Both the position numbers and the translations under genes were made by a program. Of a stretch of 64,000 nt of DNA, positions 1 to 10,174 are shown piece by piece; positions within the stretch are counted from its first letter, which is position 1, and every line of letters starts with the position of its first letter. Source of the stretch: Bacteroidales bacterium (GTDB lineage Bacteria > Bacteroidota > Bacteroidia > Bacteroidales > VadinHA17); contig JANYJP010000033.1 of NCBI GenBank assembly GCA_025358455.1, forward strand, positions 225-64,224. Reading direction: 5' to 3'. The notes beneath the pieces were generated by a model. The model worked only from the letters and a program-made list of their open reading frames with translations. It was not told the origin of the DNA and made no database searches.

Positions 1-2218
1 ATTCAGGACGAATACCCAGAATATATTGTGAGACCGCCAGAAAGTTCCATGAAGCCGTACCTGTAAGCCATGAATTCTTAGCCTCCCCGGGTTTAAAAGC
101 ATCTTTCCCTGCAACCATCTGTGCATAAACATATGGTTCGGTCTTATGCAGCTCGCTTATATCCTCGAGGTATGATGGACATATTTTACGGTAATACTCC
201 CAGGCCCTGTCTCCATTTCCAACGATGGTTTCGCCAATCATGATCCATGGATTATTGTGGCAGAAAACCCCTGCATTTTCTTTATAGCCGGCAGGGTATG
301 ATGAAATTTCACCATACTCAATATAGTATTTTGTAAAAGCCGGGTTATTCAATACAATCCCAAATTGACTATCGAGTCTTTCCCTGACTGCATCAAGAGC
401 TTTGGTGCAATAGCCTTCTTCCTTGCCAATTTCTGCCATTGTGCACCATCCCTGCGATTCAATAAATATTTTGGCTTCCTCATTTTCATTACTGCCTATT
501 TTGCGTCCATAATAATCATATGCCCTGATGAACCATTCTCCATCCCATCCATATTTCTTTATTACATCTACCATGGTGTCGACATGCTTTTGAGCACGGT
601 CCGCCTCATCATTTTTACCCAGCTTCCTGCATAACTCAATATAATCGCGGCCATACACCACGAATAATCCGGCTATCATAACAGATTCAGCTTTCGATCC
701 TTCTGTTTTATTCTCTGTTGTCTGGAATGATTCGTTCGGATCATTTGAGAAACAATTAAGATTTAAACAATCGTTCCAGTCAGCACGACCAATGAATGGA
801 AGTCCGTGTGGTCCGAGATGGTTGACAACATGATCGAAGGAAACAGTAAGATGATCGAATAAAGTCCGGGCAACAGAAATATCATTGTCGAAAGGAACCA
901 TTTCATCAAGAATTTTGAAATCTCCTGTTTCCTTTATATAGCTTATAGTTCCAAGGATCAACCACATAGGGTCATCATTAAAACCGCCTCCAATGTCATT
1001 ATTCCCACGCTTTGTGAGTGGCTGGTACTGGTGGTAACAACCGCCGTCAGCGAACTGGGTTGAAGCAATATCTATTATTCTCTCACGGGCACGTTCAGGT
1101 ATCTGATGAACAAACCCGGTAAGATCCTGGTTTGAATCGCGGAAACCCATGCCACGGCCTATTCCTGATTCAAAAAACGAGGCTGAACGAGAGAAGCAAA
1201 AGGTTATCATGCATTGATACTGGTTCCAGATATTAACCATGCGATCAAGTTTCTCATCACCTGAGTCTACCGAGTATATGCTTAACAGGTTATCCCAGTA
1301 TTTACGAAGCTCAGCCATCGCAGCATCAATTTTAGCTTTTGTATCAAACCTGGCTATAGTTTCCTTTGCCTTTTTCTTGTTGATGACATTTTTTGACTCC
1401 CATTTTTCATCTTCTTTATTTTCGACATAACCCAGAACGAAAATAAAGTCTTTCGATTCGCCTGGTTTAAGTTCCACTTCAATATAGTGTGACGCAATTG
1501 GCGACCAGCCATGGGCCTCAGTATTACGTGATTTGCCTTCCACCACCACCTGCGGTTCTTCAAAGCCGTTATACAGGCCAATGAACGACTCACGGTCAGT
1601 ATCATATCCCTGAACAGGAACATTCACAGAATAATAAGCATAGTGATCGCGTCTTTCCTTATACTCGGTTTTATGATAAATTACCGAACCCTCTATTTCA
1701 ACCTCGCCGGTAGAAAAGTTACGCTGGAAGTTTTCCATATCAGAAGCTGCATTCCATAGGCACCACTCGACAAACGAGAAAACCTTAAGCTTTTTTGTAA
1801 CCTTTGAATTATTTGTAAGGGTTAGCATCTGTACTTCTGCCCATGTTTTCAGAGGAACAAAATAAAGGGTATTGGCAATAACTCCGTCTTTTTCTCCCCT
1901 GATATTGGTATAGTTCATGCCATGCCTGCATTCATAATTATCCAGTTCCGTTTTGCAGGGCTTCCATCCGGGCGACCAGATAGTATCACCATCCCTGATA
2001 TAGAAATATTTGCCTCCGCTGTCCATTGGCACATTATTGTAACGGTAACGTGTAATACGGCGGAATTTAGCATCCTTATAAAAGGTGTATCCTCCTGCAG
2101 AATTTGATATAAGTGAGAAAAAATCCTCATTGCCCAGGTAGTTTATCCATGGCCATGGAGTACGCGGGTTGGTAATAACATATTCCCTGTTCTTGTCGTC
2201 GAAATGACCGTATTTCAT
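1..2218 (-). CDS. Cellobiose/cellodextrin phosphorylase (GH94), first ~739 codons; the C-terminus lies beyond the window start
   Basis: Absent from the ORF track because it is open to the window edge. My minus-strand translation from the ATG at 2218 gives [34 protein letters not shown].... The last codons in the window read ...[30 protein letters not shown]. Both are typical of GH94 cellobiose phosphorylases. Confidence 0.85.
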   Translation of the reverse strand, partial: MKYGHFDDKNREYVITNPRTPWPWINYLGNEDFFSLISNSAGGYTFYKDAKFRRITRYRYNNVPMDSGGKYFYIRDGDTIWSPGWKPCKTELDNYECRHGMNYTNIRGEKDGVIANTLYFVPLKTWAEVQMLTLTNNSKVTKKLKVFSFVEWCLWNAASDMENFQRNFSTGEVEIEGSVIYHKTEYKERRDHYAYYSVNVPVQGYDTDRESFIGLYNGFEEPQVVVEGKSRNTEAHGWSPIASHYIEVELKPGESKDFIFVLGYVENKEDEKWESKNVINKKKAKETIARFDTKAKIDAAMAELRKYWDNLLSIYSVDSGDEKLDRMVNIWNQYQCMITFCFSRSASFFESGIGRGMGFRDSNQDLTGFVHQIPERARERIIDIASTQFADGGCYHQYQPLTKRGNNDIGGGFNDDPMWLILGTISYIKETGDFKILDEMVPFDNDISVARTLFDHLTVSFDHVVNHLGPHGLPFIGRADWNDCLNLNCFSNDPNESFQTTENKTEGSKAESVMIAGLFVVYGRDYIELCRKLGKNDEADRAQKHVDTMVDVIKKYGWDGEWFIRAYDYYGRKIGSNENEEAKIFIESQGWCTMAEIGKEEGYCTKALDAVRERLDSQFGIVLNNPAFTKYYIEYGEISSYPAGYKENAGVFCHNNPWIMIGETIVGNGDRAWEYYRKICPSYLEDISELHKTEPYVYAQMVAGKDAFKPGEAKNSWLTGTASWNFLAVSQYILGIRPE

Positions 2219-2269
2219 ATTCCTTATTTATTAATTATTCGTATAAATGAGATCATTTAATTTTTACTG

Positions 2270-3877
2270 TTATGCATGTTCTTTTGCTCTCCTGTTGTTT
2301 AATTCAATGGTAATTTCATTCATTTTCTTTTGATTTAAAGGGTAGAGAGTCATAATTCCGGCTGCAACGATAGTTATTATTGTAGGTATCCAGCTCATTA
2401 ACATCACGATCCCCGGAATTGCACCCTGAATCGATACTTCGTCTTGTCCGTTATAATGAAATGAAGCCAGCACGAATCCAATAATCGCACCGGCAATACC
2501 GCCTCCGAACTTGGTTGCAAAAGAACCTGCAGAGTAAACTAATCCTGTTGCCCTGCGTCCGTTTTTAAACTCCGAATAATCGGCAGCATCGCCAAGCATA
2601 GCAAAGAATAATGTTGGGAATATAGCTGCTCCAAACTCTGAGATTATCCCTATCGTGAAAATTGGTATTAGATTTCCCGGGCTGCAAAAAACAAGCATTG
2701 CATTTACAGCACCAGAGAAAACCAGGGCATATATGAACAGATTACGTTTCCCGAACCTTTTACCCAGAGGAGATGTTATCATTGCGCCTGCTATCGAAGC
2801 CAGCATTAATCCGACCATATAGGATGCGGCAAGCAACTGGTTGTGCAGGTAATGTGAAAAATAAATTACCACAATACCCTGCTTCATTGAATTATAAACA
2901 TTGAACAGCATTCCAATTACGAGGAGTACAAGCCAGGGCTTATTTCTGATAAGATCTTTCAGGTCTTTGCCCAGATTTGTCTGCTGTTCTTTAGGTGGTT
3001 GCACACGTTCCTTTGTAGACATGAAAGTCAGGATCATTAACAGTGACAGGAAAAAAGATAAAAGATAAATGGAATTGCTATAGCCTTTCTTCTGGTCAAC
3101 AATTGTTATTTTTTTGGCCACAAGGTTTTCTTCACCCGACACGATAAAAGCGTATTGCTTTTTGGCTTCCATTGAAAAACTCTTACCCTGTGTCGGCACA
3201 TTAAGGCTATCGGCCTTTTCGGCGTTTACCCATGAAAACATTGCTATTCCGTCTTTGGTCTTAATGTGTACATTTTTTACATCCTTATCGGTCGATACTG
3301 TAACTTCATATTTTTTTGTATCAAGCTTATCTACAGCAATAGAAGGATTAATGTTGCCAAAGTGAGCAACCAGGAACAATAAAGCTCCCTGTACCAGCAT
3401 GCCGCCTGTAAATGCTCCTACCATGCGATAAGAACCAAGACTTGTACGTTCTTTGTCGTCGCCCGTCATAACAGCCATTAATGCTCCGTAAGGGATATTA
3501 TTAGCTGTATACAAAACAAAAAATACCAGGTAAGTAACATATGCATAAACTATTTTACCTGCCGGACCCAGATTCGGTGTAGTAAACAACATCGATAAAG
3601 TAACACCCAATGGAATTGCTGTCCATAGTATCCATGGCCGGAACCTGCCGTATTTTGAATTTGTCCTGTCGCAGATAATGCCCATTGCCACATCGATTAT
3701 TCCATCGCTCAACCGGGCTATTAACATCAGCAATCCTACAGCGGCGGGATTTATTCCAAAAACATCAGTATAAAAAATAAACAGGAAAGTGGCTACGCCA
3801 CGCCATGCAATGTTAGCGGCACCGTCGCCCAGTGCATACCCGATTTTTTCTTTTAAAGCAAGTTTTTCCACGGTCAT
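2270..3877 (-). CDS. GPH/MFS-type sugar:cation symporter with an extra ~90-aa hydrophilic insert
   Basis: 535-aa ORF. The N-terminus LKEKIGYALGDGAANIAW...FYTDVFG resembles the GPH (MelB-like) family. It has many hydrophobic spans and lies 51 nt upstream of the GH94 gene on the same strand. Confidence 0.85.
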   Translation of the reverse strand: MTVEKLALKEKIGYALGDGAANIAWRGVATFLFIFYTDVFGINPAAVGLLMLIARLSDGIIDVAMGIICDRTNSKYGRFRPWILWTAIPLGVTLSMLFTTPNLGPAGKIVYAYVTYLVFFVLYTANNIPYGALMAVMTGDDKERTSLGSYRMVGAFTGGMLVQGALLFLVAHFGNINPSIAVDKLDTKKYEVTVSTDKDVKNVHIKTKDGIAMFSWVNAEKADSLNVPTQGKSFSMEAKKQYAFIVSGEENLVAKKITIVDQKKGYSNSIYLLSFFLSLLMILTFMSTKERVQPPKEQQTNLGKDLKDLIRNKPWLVLLVIGMLFNVYNSMKQGIVVIYFSHYLHNQLLAASYMVGLMLASIAGAMITSPLGKRFGKRNLFIYALVFSGAVNAMLVFCSPGNLIPIFTIGIISEFGAAIFPTLFFAMLGDAADYSEFKNGRRATGLVYSAGSFATKFGGGIAGAIIGFVLASFHYNGQDEVSIQGAIPGIVMLMSWIPTIITIVAAGIMTLYPLNQKKMNEITIELNNRRAKEHA

Positions 3878-3939
3878 TCAGGTTTTTAAAGGTTATAATC
3901 AAAATCTAACAGAATTTGTGCAGGGTTTTCCAAGTTAAG

Positions 3940-5931
3940 CTAATTATTATTCCCATGAAATTTAATATAAAAAGTACTCCCTTTATCTTTAACCGAGTTA
4001 ACCCAAACTGTTCCGTCGAGCATATTAACGGCTTTTTTTACAGTTGCAAGTCCGATACCTGTTCCCGGGTATTTATCTTCAGTGTGAAGACGCTGAAAAA
4101 TATTGAATATTTTTTCCCGGAATTCCTCAGGTATTCCAATTCCATTATCGGAAATACTGATGATATAGTTACCATTATCCCTTTCCCAACTAATGCTTAT
4201 CTCCAATGGAACATCAGTTCGCCGATAGGTGATTGCATTTTCAATAAGGTTTGTAAAAATCTGCCTGAGAAGACTCTCATCACCATGAAGCTGAGGCAAC
4301 TCTTTTTCAATAGTAAATTTACCGCCGATTTCCTCCAGTTTTTGTTTAAAAACCGTGTGAATTTCATCGACTATCAAACTAAGGGAAACCAGGCGCAAAT
4401 TAAGCGATTTACGGCCAAGCCGGGAATAATTGAGCAAATCGTTTATAAGTTGTTCCATACGGATACTGGCTTCCACTATGTAATCCATATACTTCCTGCC
4501 TTCCTCATTCAAGGATGAACGGTGATGCGTTGAGATTATCTGAGAGAAGCCAAATATCGCCCTCAGGGGAGCCCTTAAGTCGTGCGATACAGAATAGCTG
4601 AATGACTCCAGTTCTTTATTAATGGCAACGAGCTGGGCTGTTCTTTCAGCTACGCGTTCCTCAAGTGTGTGGTTAAGTATCCGGATTTCCTTCCCCGCTT
4701 TTTCGCGCTCCCCAACCATAAGATTTACAGCTTCTGCAATATTTTCAAATTCCTTATAATTTACTTTCGAGATATCTATCAGGATACTTTCATCTGCAGC
4801 TTTCCCAAAGAAGTTATCAAAGATTTCAATATTTCTCTTTAACCTTTTAGAAAAATACGCAACAATCATGTAATTCAGAAGACTTAAGACCAGGAGAATG
4901 GTGATAATCTTGAACAGACTTATTCTCAGATCAGTATGTAATGATTTCTCTTTCAGTACTAATATTGAATTGACATCATCTTCGTAAAAACCCGTCCCGA
5001 TAATCCATTTCCATTCAGGTAAATAGCTGAAAAAGGAAGTTTTTGCAGATTTTTCTGACGTAGAAATTTTTTGAAAATTATAGGTGTGGAAAAAGCCTCC
5101 GGGCCTTGATGCAGCTAACTGTTCTACTTTAAAAATATTTATCCATGAAGTATCCCCTGAAGAATAAATATTAACGGGAGGCTTGTTATATCTCCCATTA
5201 CTTATGAGCGCCTTTCCATCAAAAGTATTAATAAATAAATATTCATCCCTGGCATATCTGACCCTGCTCAGTGAGTCAATGATATATTCCTGTAACAATT
5301 CTTCAATATTTTCAGAACTTACTATTGATGCAACTGTTAATCCAGGAATCAGATTTTTATCATAGAAAGTTATGGTTTTCAATACAGAATCGGCCGCATT
5401 TGTTTTTTTAAATTTGAGAATGATGCCGTTATCATGCTGTTCATTAAATTTTAAATGGTTAATTAAATATGATTCTGCTTTATTAATGTTTTCAGGCTGA
5501 AGTTTTAAGAATGGAGTGGAGGAATAAAGCATCTCTCCCTGCTCATTTAGAAAATAAACAGGAACCGTTGATTTACCAATTGAATCTTTAATTTGCTGAG
5601 ATATCTGATCAGTAAAAGTTTCCCTTTTTACTCCAATAAGTTTTAATTTTCTGATTTTATATGTCAGGGCATTTGACAAAGAAATTACAGGATTATTCCG
5701 GGTCCAGTGTATAAAATCTTTAATTGCAAGTATCTTGTTCTTTATTTCTGACCTTTTAATGTCTGAAAAAGTTTTCTTAAAGGATAGTACTTCCTTCTTA
5801 TACTCATTTGCCCTGTTCTCAATCCAGTATGCCCCAAACAAAATTAAACTGAAGATAGTTGTAACGAATAGATATTGAAAGATCTTTCGACTTAAGCTGA
5901 TTTTATGATATACTCTTTCACTTTTCATCAA
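3940..5931 (-). CDS. Sensor histidine kinase with a Cache-like extracytoplasmic domain; no cognate response regulator adjacent
   Basis: 663 aa. An N-terminal TM is followed by a long sensor region and a second TM. H-box is SYSVSHDLRAPL. The HATPase boxes are NLIENAITY, DNGIGIP and GTGIGLA. Confidence 0.85.
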   Translation of the reverse strand: MMKSERVYHKISLSRKIFQYLFVTTIFSLILFGAYWIENRANEYKKEVLSFKKTFSDIKRSEIKNKILAIKDFIHWTRNNPVISLSNALTYKIRKLKLIGVKRETFTDQISQQIKDSIGKSTVPVYFLNEQGEMLYSSTPFLKLQPENINKAESYLINHLKFNEQHDNGIILKFKKTNAADSVLKTITFYDKNLIPGLTVASIVSSENIEELLQEYIIDSLSRVRYARDEYLFINTFDGKALISNGRYNKPPVNIYSSGDTSWINIFKVEQLAASRPGGFFHTYNFQKISTSEKSAKTSFFSYLPEWKWIIGTGFYEDDVNSILVLKEKSLHTDLRISLFKIITILLVLSLLNYMIVAYFSKRLKRNIEIFDNFFGKAADESILIDISKVNYKEFENIAEAVNLMVGEREKAGKEIRILNHTLEERVAERTAQLVAINKELESFSYSVSHDLRAPLRAIFGFSQIISTHHRSSLNEEGRKYMDYIVEASIRMEQLINDLLNYSRLGRKSLNLRLVSLSLIVDEIHTVFKQKLEEIGGKFTIEKELPQLHGDESLLRQIFTNLIENAITYRRTDVPLEISISWERDNGNYIISISDNGIGIPEEFREKIFNIFQRLHTEDKYPGTGIGLATVKKAVNMLDGTVWVNSVKDKGSTFYIKFHGNNN

Positions 5932-6050
5932 AAGACTATCTTATTGTAAAACAATTTCTTTTGATAAAGATAGTAAAAGCTTATTGATCGACTGATTTCA
6001 TCGAAAAGGAACTTTTGCTTACGCGCTTCAAAAGTAAAGTAACATTATTT

Positions 6051-7487
6051 TCAGAATGCTTTCCCCTCCCGCATTGTCTGCATTATCAGCGGCAAGTTAA
6101 ATTTATAATGATGATCGCCCGGGATAAGCCTGATAGTAACCGGTATTCCATTCAATAGTTCCGGAACCGGTGATTTCTCGCCTGATCCGAAAATAATCAG
6201 TGTTCGTGCTGTCTGCATCTTTTTAATCTCATCCGGAACATTGTAAGTATTCTGCCGGTTTCCCATTCCGATCATATTCGATATATGGATCTCGAAGTCG
6301 GTGTTTATCGCGGGTGATAAAAGCACAGATGACCATACCTTTAACTTTACCTCTTCCGGTAACCTGTTTACAATAAATGGCACCATTTCCGCCCCAAGCG
6401 AATACCCTATCATCAGCAATCGCTCTTTTTCCCACATTTTACTGTAATAAATTAAAGCTTTTGATATATCAGAAGCTGTTTCTTCCGGTGAACGCCGTTT
6501 CCAGAAATATTTTTTTGCATCCAGTCCAATGGTGGGAATTCCATATTTTGCAAGGTCATCGGCAATTGATTGTTCAAATCCATACCAACCCCCGTCACCT
6601 GAAATAAGCAGGGCAACCGGCGCTTCTTTAATCTGAATTTTTGTGCTGGTAATTATCAGCGGCAAGTCTTTTACCTCCTCTATTTTAACCGGCGATGGTT
6701 CAATTTTTTTGCTTTTTTGAATTATCCGGCTATAAGCATCCTTCCACTGAGGCATAAAATCACTCCATTTTGAAAATCCGTGCCCTACATTAGGCAGCGT
6801 GATAAATTCCGCATCAGTTGTCTTTTTAACAAAATCCTCCACATCTGTAAAGCTGCATACTTTATCGAGAGTGCCGTTAAGTACTATCCATGGGTTTTCA
6901 AGCTTCGCATCGGGTTTAAATAAAAAACTTTTACCTTGTATCAATACCGTTTCAGTGAGCCCGTTGAGCTGGCATAACATCTTCGGAAGTTCAATGTCGG
7001 GACAAAAACCAACAGATATGCCACCTGTAAATGTCCCAGGTCGTGCCTGGGCAAGAATCCCATATACAAGCGTAGCACCACTTGAATATCCCATTACTAC
7101 AGGAGGAATATAATCGGGGAAACTATATTTCTTCTCTATTTCAGTGGCAAGCTGTACAAAATCAGCAGCAACATTGTAACAATCACCGGTCCTTCTACGG
7201 AGCTCTTTAAAGTATTTCAGGATATCTACTCCTATCACAAGAGTATTCATTTCTGAAAAGGCTCCGGCAAAACCAATAACTCCCGATTTCCAGCCGCCAT
7301 CACCGGAAATCATTATTGCAACATTTTCAGGTACTTGTGTATTCCTGTAAATGAAAACTTTACCAAATGTTGCTACTGAAAGCGAGTCAGCCGGGAAACG
7401 GGTTTTGGATTGCCCCGAGAGTGAAGGAATGAAAAAGCTCAGACTTAACATGACTGATGTAATAAATGTAATGTATTGATTTTTCAT
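6051..7487 (-). CDS. AcvB/VirJ-family secreted protein with two alpha/beta-hydrolase-like halves
   Basis: 478 aa with a signal peptide. The SGDGGW motif occurs twice (MISGDGGWKSG and LISGDGGWYGFE). The GYSxG nucleophile-elbow-like motif also occurs twice (GYSSGA and GYSLGA). Confidence 0.65.
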   Translation of the reverse strand: MKNQYITFITSVMLSLSFFIPSLSGQSKTRFPADSLSVATFGKVFIYRNTQVPENVAIMISGDGGWKSGVIGFAGAFSEMNTLVIGVDILKYFKELRRRTGDCYNVAADFVQLATEIEKKYSFPDYIPPVVMGYSSGATLVYGILAQARPGTFTGGISVGFCPDIELPKMLCQLNGLTETVLIQGKSFLFKPDAKLENPWIVLNGTLDKVCSFTDVEDFVKKTTDAEFITLPNVGHGFSKWSDFMPQWKDAYSRIIQKSKKIEPSPVKIEEVKDLPLIITSTKIQIKEAPVALLISGDGGWYGFEQSIADDLAKYGIPTIGLDAKKYFWKRRSPEETASDISKALIYYSKMWEKERLLMIGYSLGAEMVPFIVNRLPEEVKLKVWSSVLLSPAINTDFEIHISNMIGMGNRQNTYNVPDEIKKMQTARTLIIFGSGEKSPVPELLNGIPVTIRLIPGDHHYKFNLPLIMQTMREGKAF

Positions 7488-7576
7488 TAAATATTAAATT
7501 GATTTTTATCGTGTATGATGTATGCCGATCAGATTCGCGCCTCAATCTCCCTTTCCCCCCGTCGCCCGGTCTTCTT

Positions 7577-9259
7577 CTATATCAGCTTCTTATACTTAAT
7601 CCTCACCGGCGTAGTATCCGCAACCCTCTTTTTATAGTTTTCTTCATAATCGGAATAATTGCCCTCAAACCATACAACCTTTGAATTACCCTCAAAAGCA
7701 AGCATATGAGTTGTAACCCTGTCGAGAAACCACCTGTCGTGAGATATAATCACTGCACATCCGGCGAAATTCTCAAGTCCTTCTTCAAGTGCTCTCAGTG
7801 TATTAACATCAACATCGTTAGTCGGTTCATCGAGGAGCAAGACATTTGCTCCCGATTTCAGAGTAAGAGCAAGGTGAAGTCTGTTTCTTTCTCCGCCTGA
7901 CAGTACACCACATTTCTTTTCCTGGTCAGCTCCGGTGAAGTTAAACCTTGCCACATATGCCCTGGCATTAACAAGCCGGGTTCCTACCATTACGTCGTTC
8001 AGTCCCCCTGAAATAACTTCATAAACAGTTTTGGCCGGATCGATTGCAGAATGTGCCTGGTCGACATATCCAAGTACAACTGTTTCACCGATTTTAAATG
8101 TTCCTTTAGTTGCTTTTTCCTGGCCCATAATCATTCTGAACAGAGTTGTCTTTCCGGCTCCGTTCGGACCAATCACTCCAACTATTCCGTTTGGTGGAAG
8201 CCTGAAATCAAGATCATCAAACAGCACTTTGTCATCAAATGATTTTGTTACCGAGGTGGCTTCAATTACATTATCTCCAAGCCGTGGCCCATTTGGAATA
8301 AATATTTCCAGTTTATCTTCTTTCTGTTTAACATCCTGGTTAAGAAGGTTTTCATAAGCGCCCAATCTGGCTTTCGATTTTGCGTGACGTGCCTTGGGAG
8401 ACATCCTTACCCATTCGAGTTCACGTTCGAGGATCTTTCTTCTTTTAACATTGCCTTTCTCTTCCGATTCAAGCCTTTTGGTTTTCTGCTCAAGCCACGA
8501 GGAATAGTTTCCCTTCCATGGAATGCCTTCACCACGGTCAAGTTCCAGTATCCATCCTGCAACATTATCGAGGAAATACCTGTCGTGGGTAATACAGATC
8601 ACAGTGCCATTATATTGTTTAAGGGTTGTTTCGAGCCACTGGACCGATTCTGCATCAAGATGGTTGGTAGGTTCATCCAGAAGAAGAACATCCGGTTGCT
8701 GAAGAAGCAGGCGGCAAAGAGCTACCCTTCTCCGCTCTCCTCCTGATAGAACATTTACTCTCGCATCACTTTCAGGACATCTTAATGCATCCATGGCGCG
8801 CTCAAGCTTATGTTCAATATTCCATCCGTCATTATCTTCAATCTTCTCCTGAAGAACTGCCTGGCGATCCATGAGCTGCTGCATTTTATCAGGGTTCTCA
8901 TAGACTTCCGGTTCTCCGAAACTGTTGTTTATCTTTTCATATTCCTTAATTATATCAATTGTTTCTTTTACGCCTTCCTCAACAATCTCTCTTACTGACC
9001 GGTTGTCTTCAAGGAGCGGATCCTGGGAAAGGTGCCCGACAGAATAACCCGGAAGAAATGTAACATCTCCCTGGAATTCTTTTTCCGTACCTGCAATGAT
9101 TTTAAGGAGAGTTGATTTACCGGATCCGTTTAACCCGATTATTCCGATCTTGGCTCCGAGGAAAAACGAGAGGGAAATATCCTTCAGTACCTGCCTGTGA
9201 GGAGGAAATGTTTTCCCAACACGGTGCATCGAAAAAATGATCTTATTGTCGTCAGCCAT
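7577..9259 (-). CDS. ettA: Energy-dependent translational throttle protein EttA (ABC-F ATPase)
   Basis: 560 aa with two ABC cassettes (GLNGSGKST and GPNGAGKTT; LSGGERRR and LSGGERNR). The N-terminus IFSMHRVGKTFPPHRQVLKDISLSF is typical of EttA. Confidence 0.93.
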   Translation of the reverse strand: MADDNKIIFSMHRVGKTFPPHRQVLKDISLSFFLGAKIGIIGLNGSGKSTLLKIIAGTEKEFQGDVTFLPGYSVGHLSQDPLLEDNRSVREIVEEGVKETIDIIKEYEKINNSFGEPEVYENPDKMQQLMDRQAVLQEKIEDNDGWNIEHKLERAMDALRCPESDARVNVLSGGERRRVALCRLLLQQPDVLLLDEPTNHLDAESVQWLETTLKQYNGTVICITHDRYFLDNVAGWILELDRGEGIPWKGNYSSWLEQKTKRLESEEKGNVKRRKILERELEWVRMSPKARHAKSKARLGAYENLLNQDVKQKEDKLEIFIPNGPRLGDNVIEATSVTKSFDDKVLFDDLDFRLPPNGIVGVIGPNGAGKTTLFRMIMGQEKATKGTFKIGETVVLGYVDQAHSAIDPAKTVYEVISGGLNDVMVGTRLVNARAYVARFNFTGADQEKKCGVLSGGERNRLHLALTLKSGANVLLLDEPTNDVDVNTLRALEEGLENFAGCAVIISHDRWFLDRVTTHMLAFEGNSKVVWFEGNYSDYEENYKKRVADTTPVRIKYKKLI

Positions 9260-9282
9260 ATTTTAATAATTAATTCATCTGA

Positions 9283-9290
9283 CAAAAATA
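9283..9290 (-). promoter_or_regulatory. Bacteroidota -7 box TATTTTTG upstream of ettA
   Basis: Matches TAnnTTTG, 23 nt upstream of the ettA ATG and 1 nt from palindrome copy 1. Confidence 0.5.
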
Positions 9291-9291
9291 A

Positions 9292-9317
9292 GTAGAGACG
9301 TTCAATTTGAACGTCTC
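9292..9317. repeat. Conserved-arm palindrome, copy 1 (terminator-like hairpin)
   Basis: The sequence is GTAGAGACGTTCAA T TTGAACGTCTC, an 11+11 perfect dyad (9295-9317). It lies 78 nt downstream of the stop of the 9395-9772 gene. On the minus strand it is followed by CTACTTATTTTTG. Confidence 0.75.
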
Positions 9318-9394
9318 CAACATAATATATTTTTTAGATACTTTTAAAACACTGAATTATCAGGGCATCTCTGAATTGACATTTTTTTCAGAAT

Positions 9395-9772
9395 CTATCT
9401 CTTTTCAAATAGTTTTATTGTATCGTCCTGGAGTAATACCCAAAGAGCATAGACTCCTTTCAGGGTGCCGATAGGGATATTCAGGCACCCGAGAGCTGAA
9501 ACAACAATTACCAGGTATCTTGCCCATGGCTGATAGGTGAAAAGCCCTATTCCACCCACGAGACCCAGTGTTGACAAAAATCCGATCAGAAGAGGAACGC
9601 TTATGGATAATAATCTTAGTACTCCTCCAGCCACTTCATCATTTCCAACCTGAGTTCTGGCGAAATTCAGCGCAAAGAAAGCAGCAATTGCTGCAATCAG
9701 GCCAAGGACCCCAAAGCCAATTTGAATGGCTCCAACCACGGTTACATGCTTTTTCATTTTTGAATCTTCCAT
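9395..9772 (-). CDS. Small polytopic membrane protein of unknown function
   Basis: 125-aa ORF with about 4 hydrophobic helices. It is followed by palindrome copy 1. No family recognised. Confidence 0.5.
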   Translation of the reverse strand: MEDSKMKKHVTVVGAIQIGFGVLGLIAAIAAFFALNFARTQVGNDEVAGGVLRLLSISVPLLIGFLSTLGLVGGIGLFTYQPWARYLVIVVSALGCLNIPIGTLKGVYALWVLLQDDTIKLFEKR

Positions 9773-9918
9773 GACAATAATTTTTTATGCAATTTATAAA
9801 TATTTTCATTCCTGATACAATGACTTGGGAATTTAGATACTGCTGCATCATTCCTGCCATTATTTCAACAATACTGACTTTTTAAATTAGTTCTGTGCTT
9901 TAGAAGGAGAGTTTTTAG

Positions 9919-9926
9919 TATCTTTG
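9919..9926 (+). promoter_or_regulatory. -7 box TATCTTTG upstream of the small lipoprotein gene
   Basis: Matches TAnnTTTG, 17 nt before the ATG at 9944. Confidence 0.45.
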
Positions 9927-9943
9927 TTTCCAAATATATCACT

Positions 9944-10174
9944 ATGAAAAGGAAATTATTATACGTTGCCGGGTTTGTTTTTATGCTTCTGGCAGTTGAT
10001 TCATGCGATACTTTAAAGAATTGCAAGGTGTGCGCACAAAACACTTACGATAATTCAAATGCTCTTATCACCTCCGGAAGTGAAACCGACTATTGTGATG
10101 CTGAGCTGATAAAGATTAAAGCTACCCCACCTGTTACAGTATTAGGTGTAACAACAAAGTGGGTGTGCAGATAA
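9944..10174 (+). CDS. Small Cys-rich lipoprotein of unknown function
   Basis: 76 aa. Signal peptide with a lipobox-like LAVDSC, plus 4 further Cys residues. A TATCTTTG -7 box lies 18 nt upstream of the ATG. Confidence 0.5.
   Translation: MKRKLLYVAGFVFMLLAVDSCDTLKNCKVCAQNTYDNSNALITSGSETDYCDAELIKIKATPPVTVLGVTTKWVCR

Noticed and set aside
3916-4518. 200-aa plus-strand ORF
   Set aside because: It lies almost entirely (3940-4518) antisense to the well-supported histidine kinase catalytic domain. It has a low-complexity composition and I recognise no family motifs.
7520-7576. GC-rich stretch (CTCCCTTTCCCCCCGTCGCCCGGTC) downstream of ettA as another member of the GC-rich repeat family
   Set aside because: It shows only loose compositional resemblance to 29431-29457, with no alignable termini and no clean hairpin.
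9295-9317. Palindrome arms containing CGTCTC/GAGACG (the recognition sequence of type IIS enzymes such as Esp3I/BsmBI) as restriction-modification-related sites
   Set aside because: No restriction-modification genes are in the window. Hairpin covariation explains the conservation better, and this cannot be evaluated from one window.
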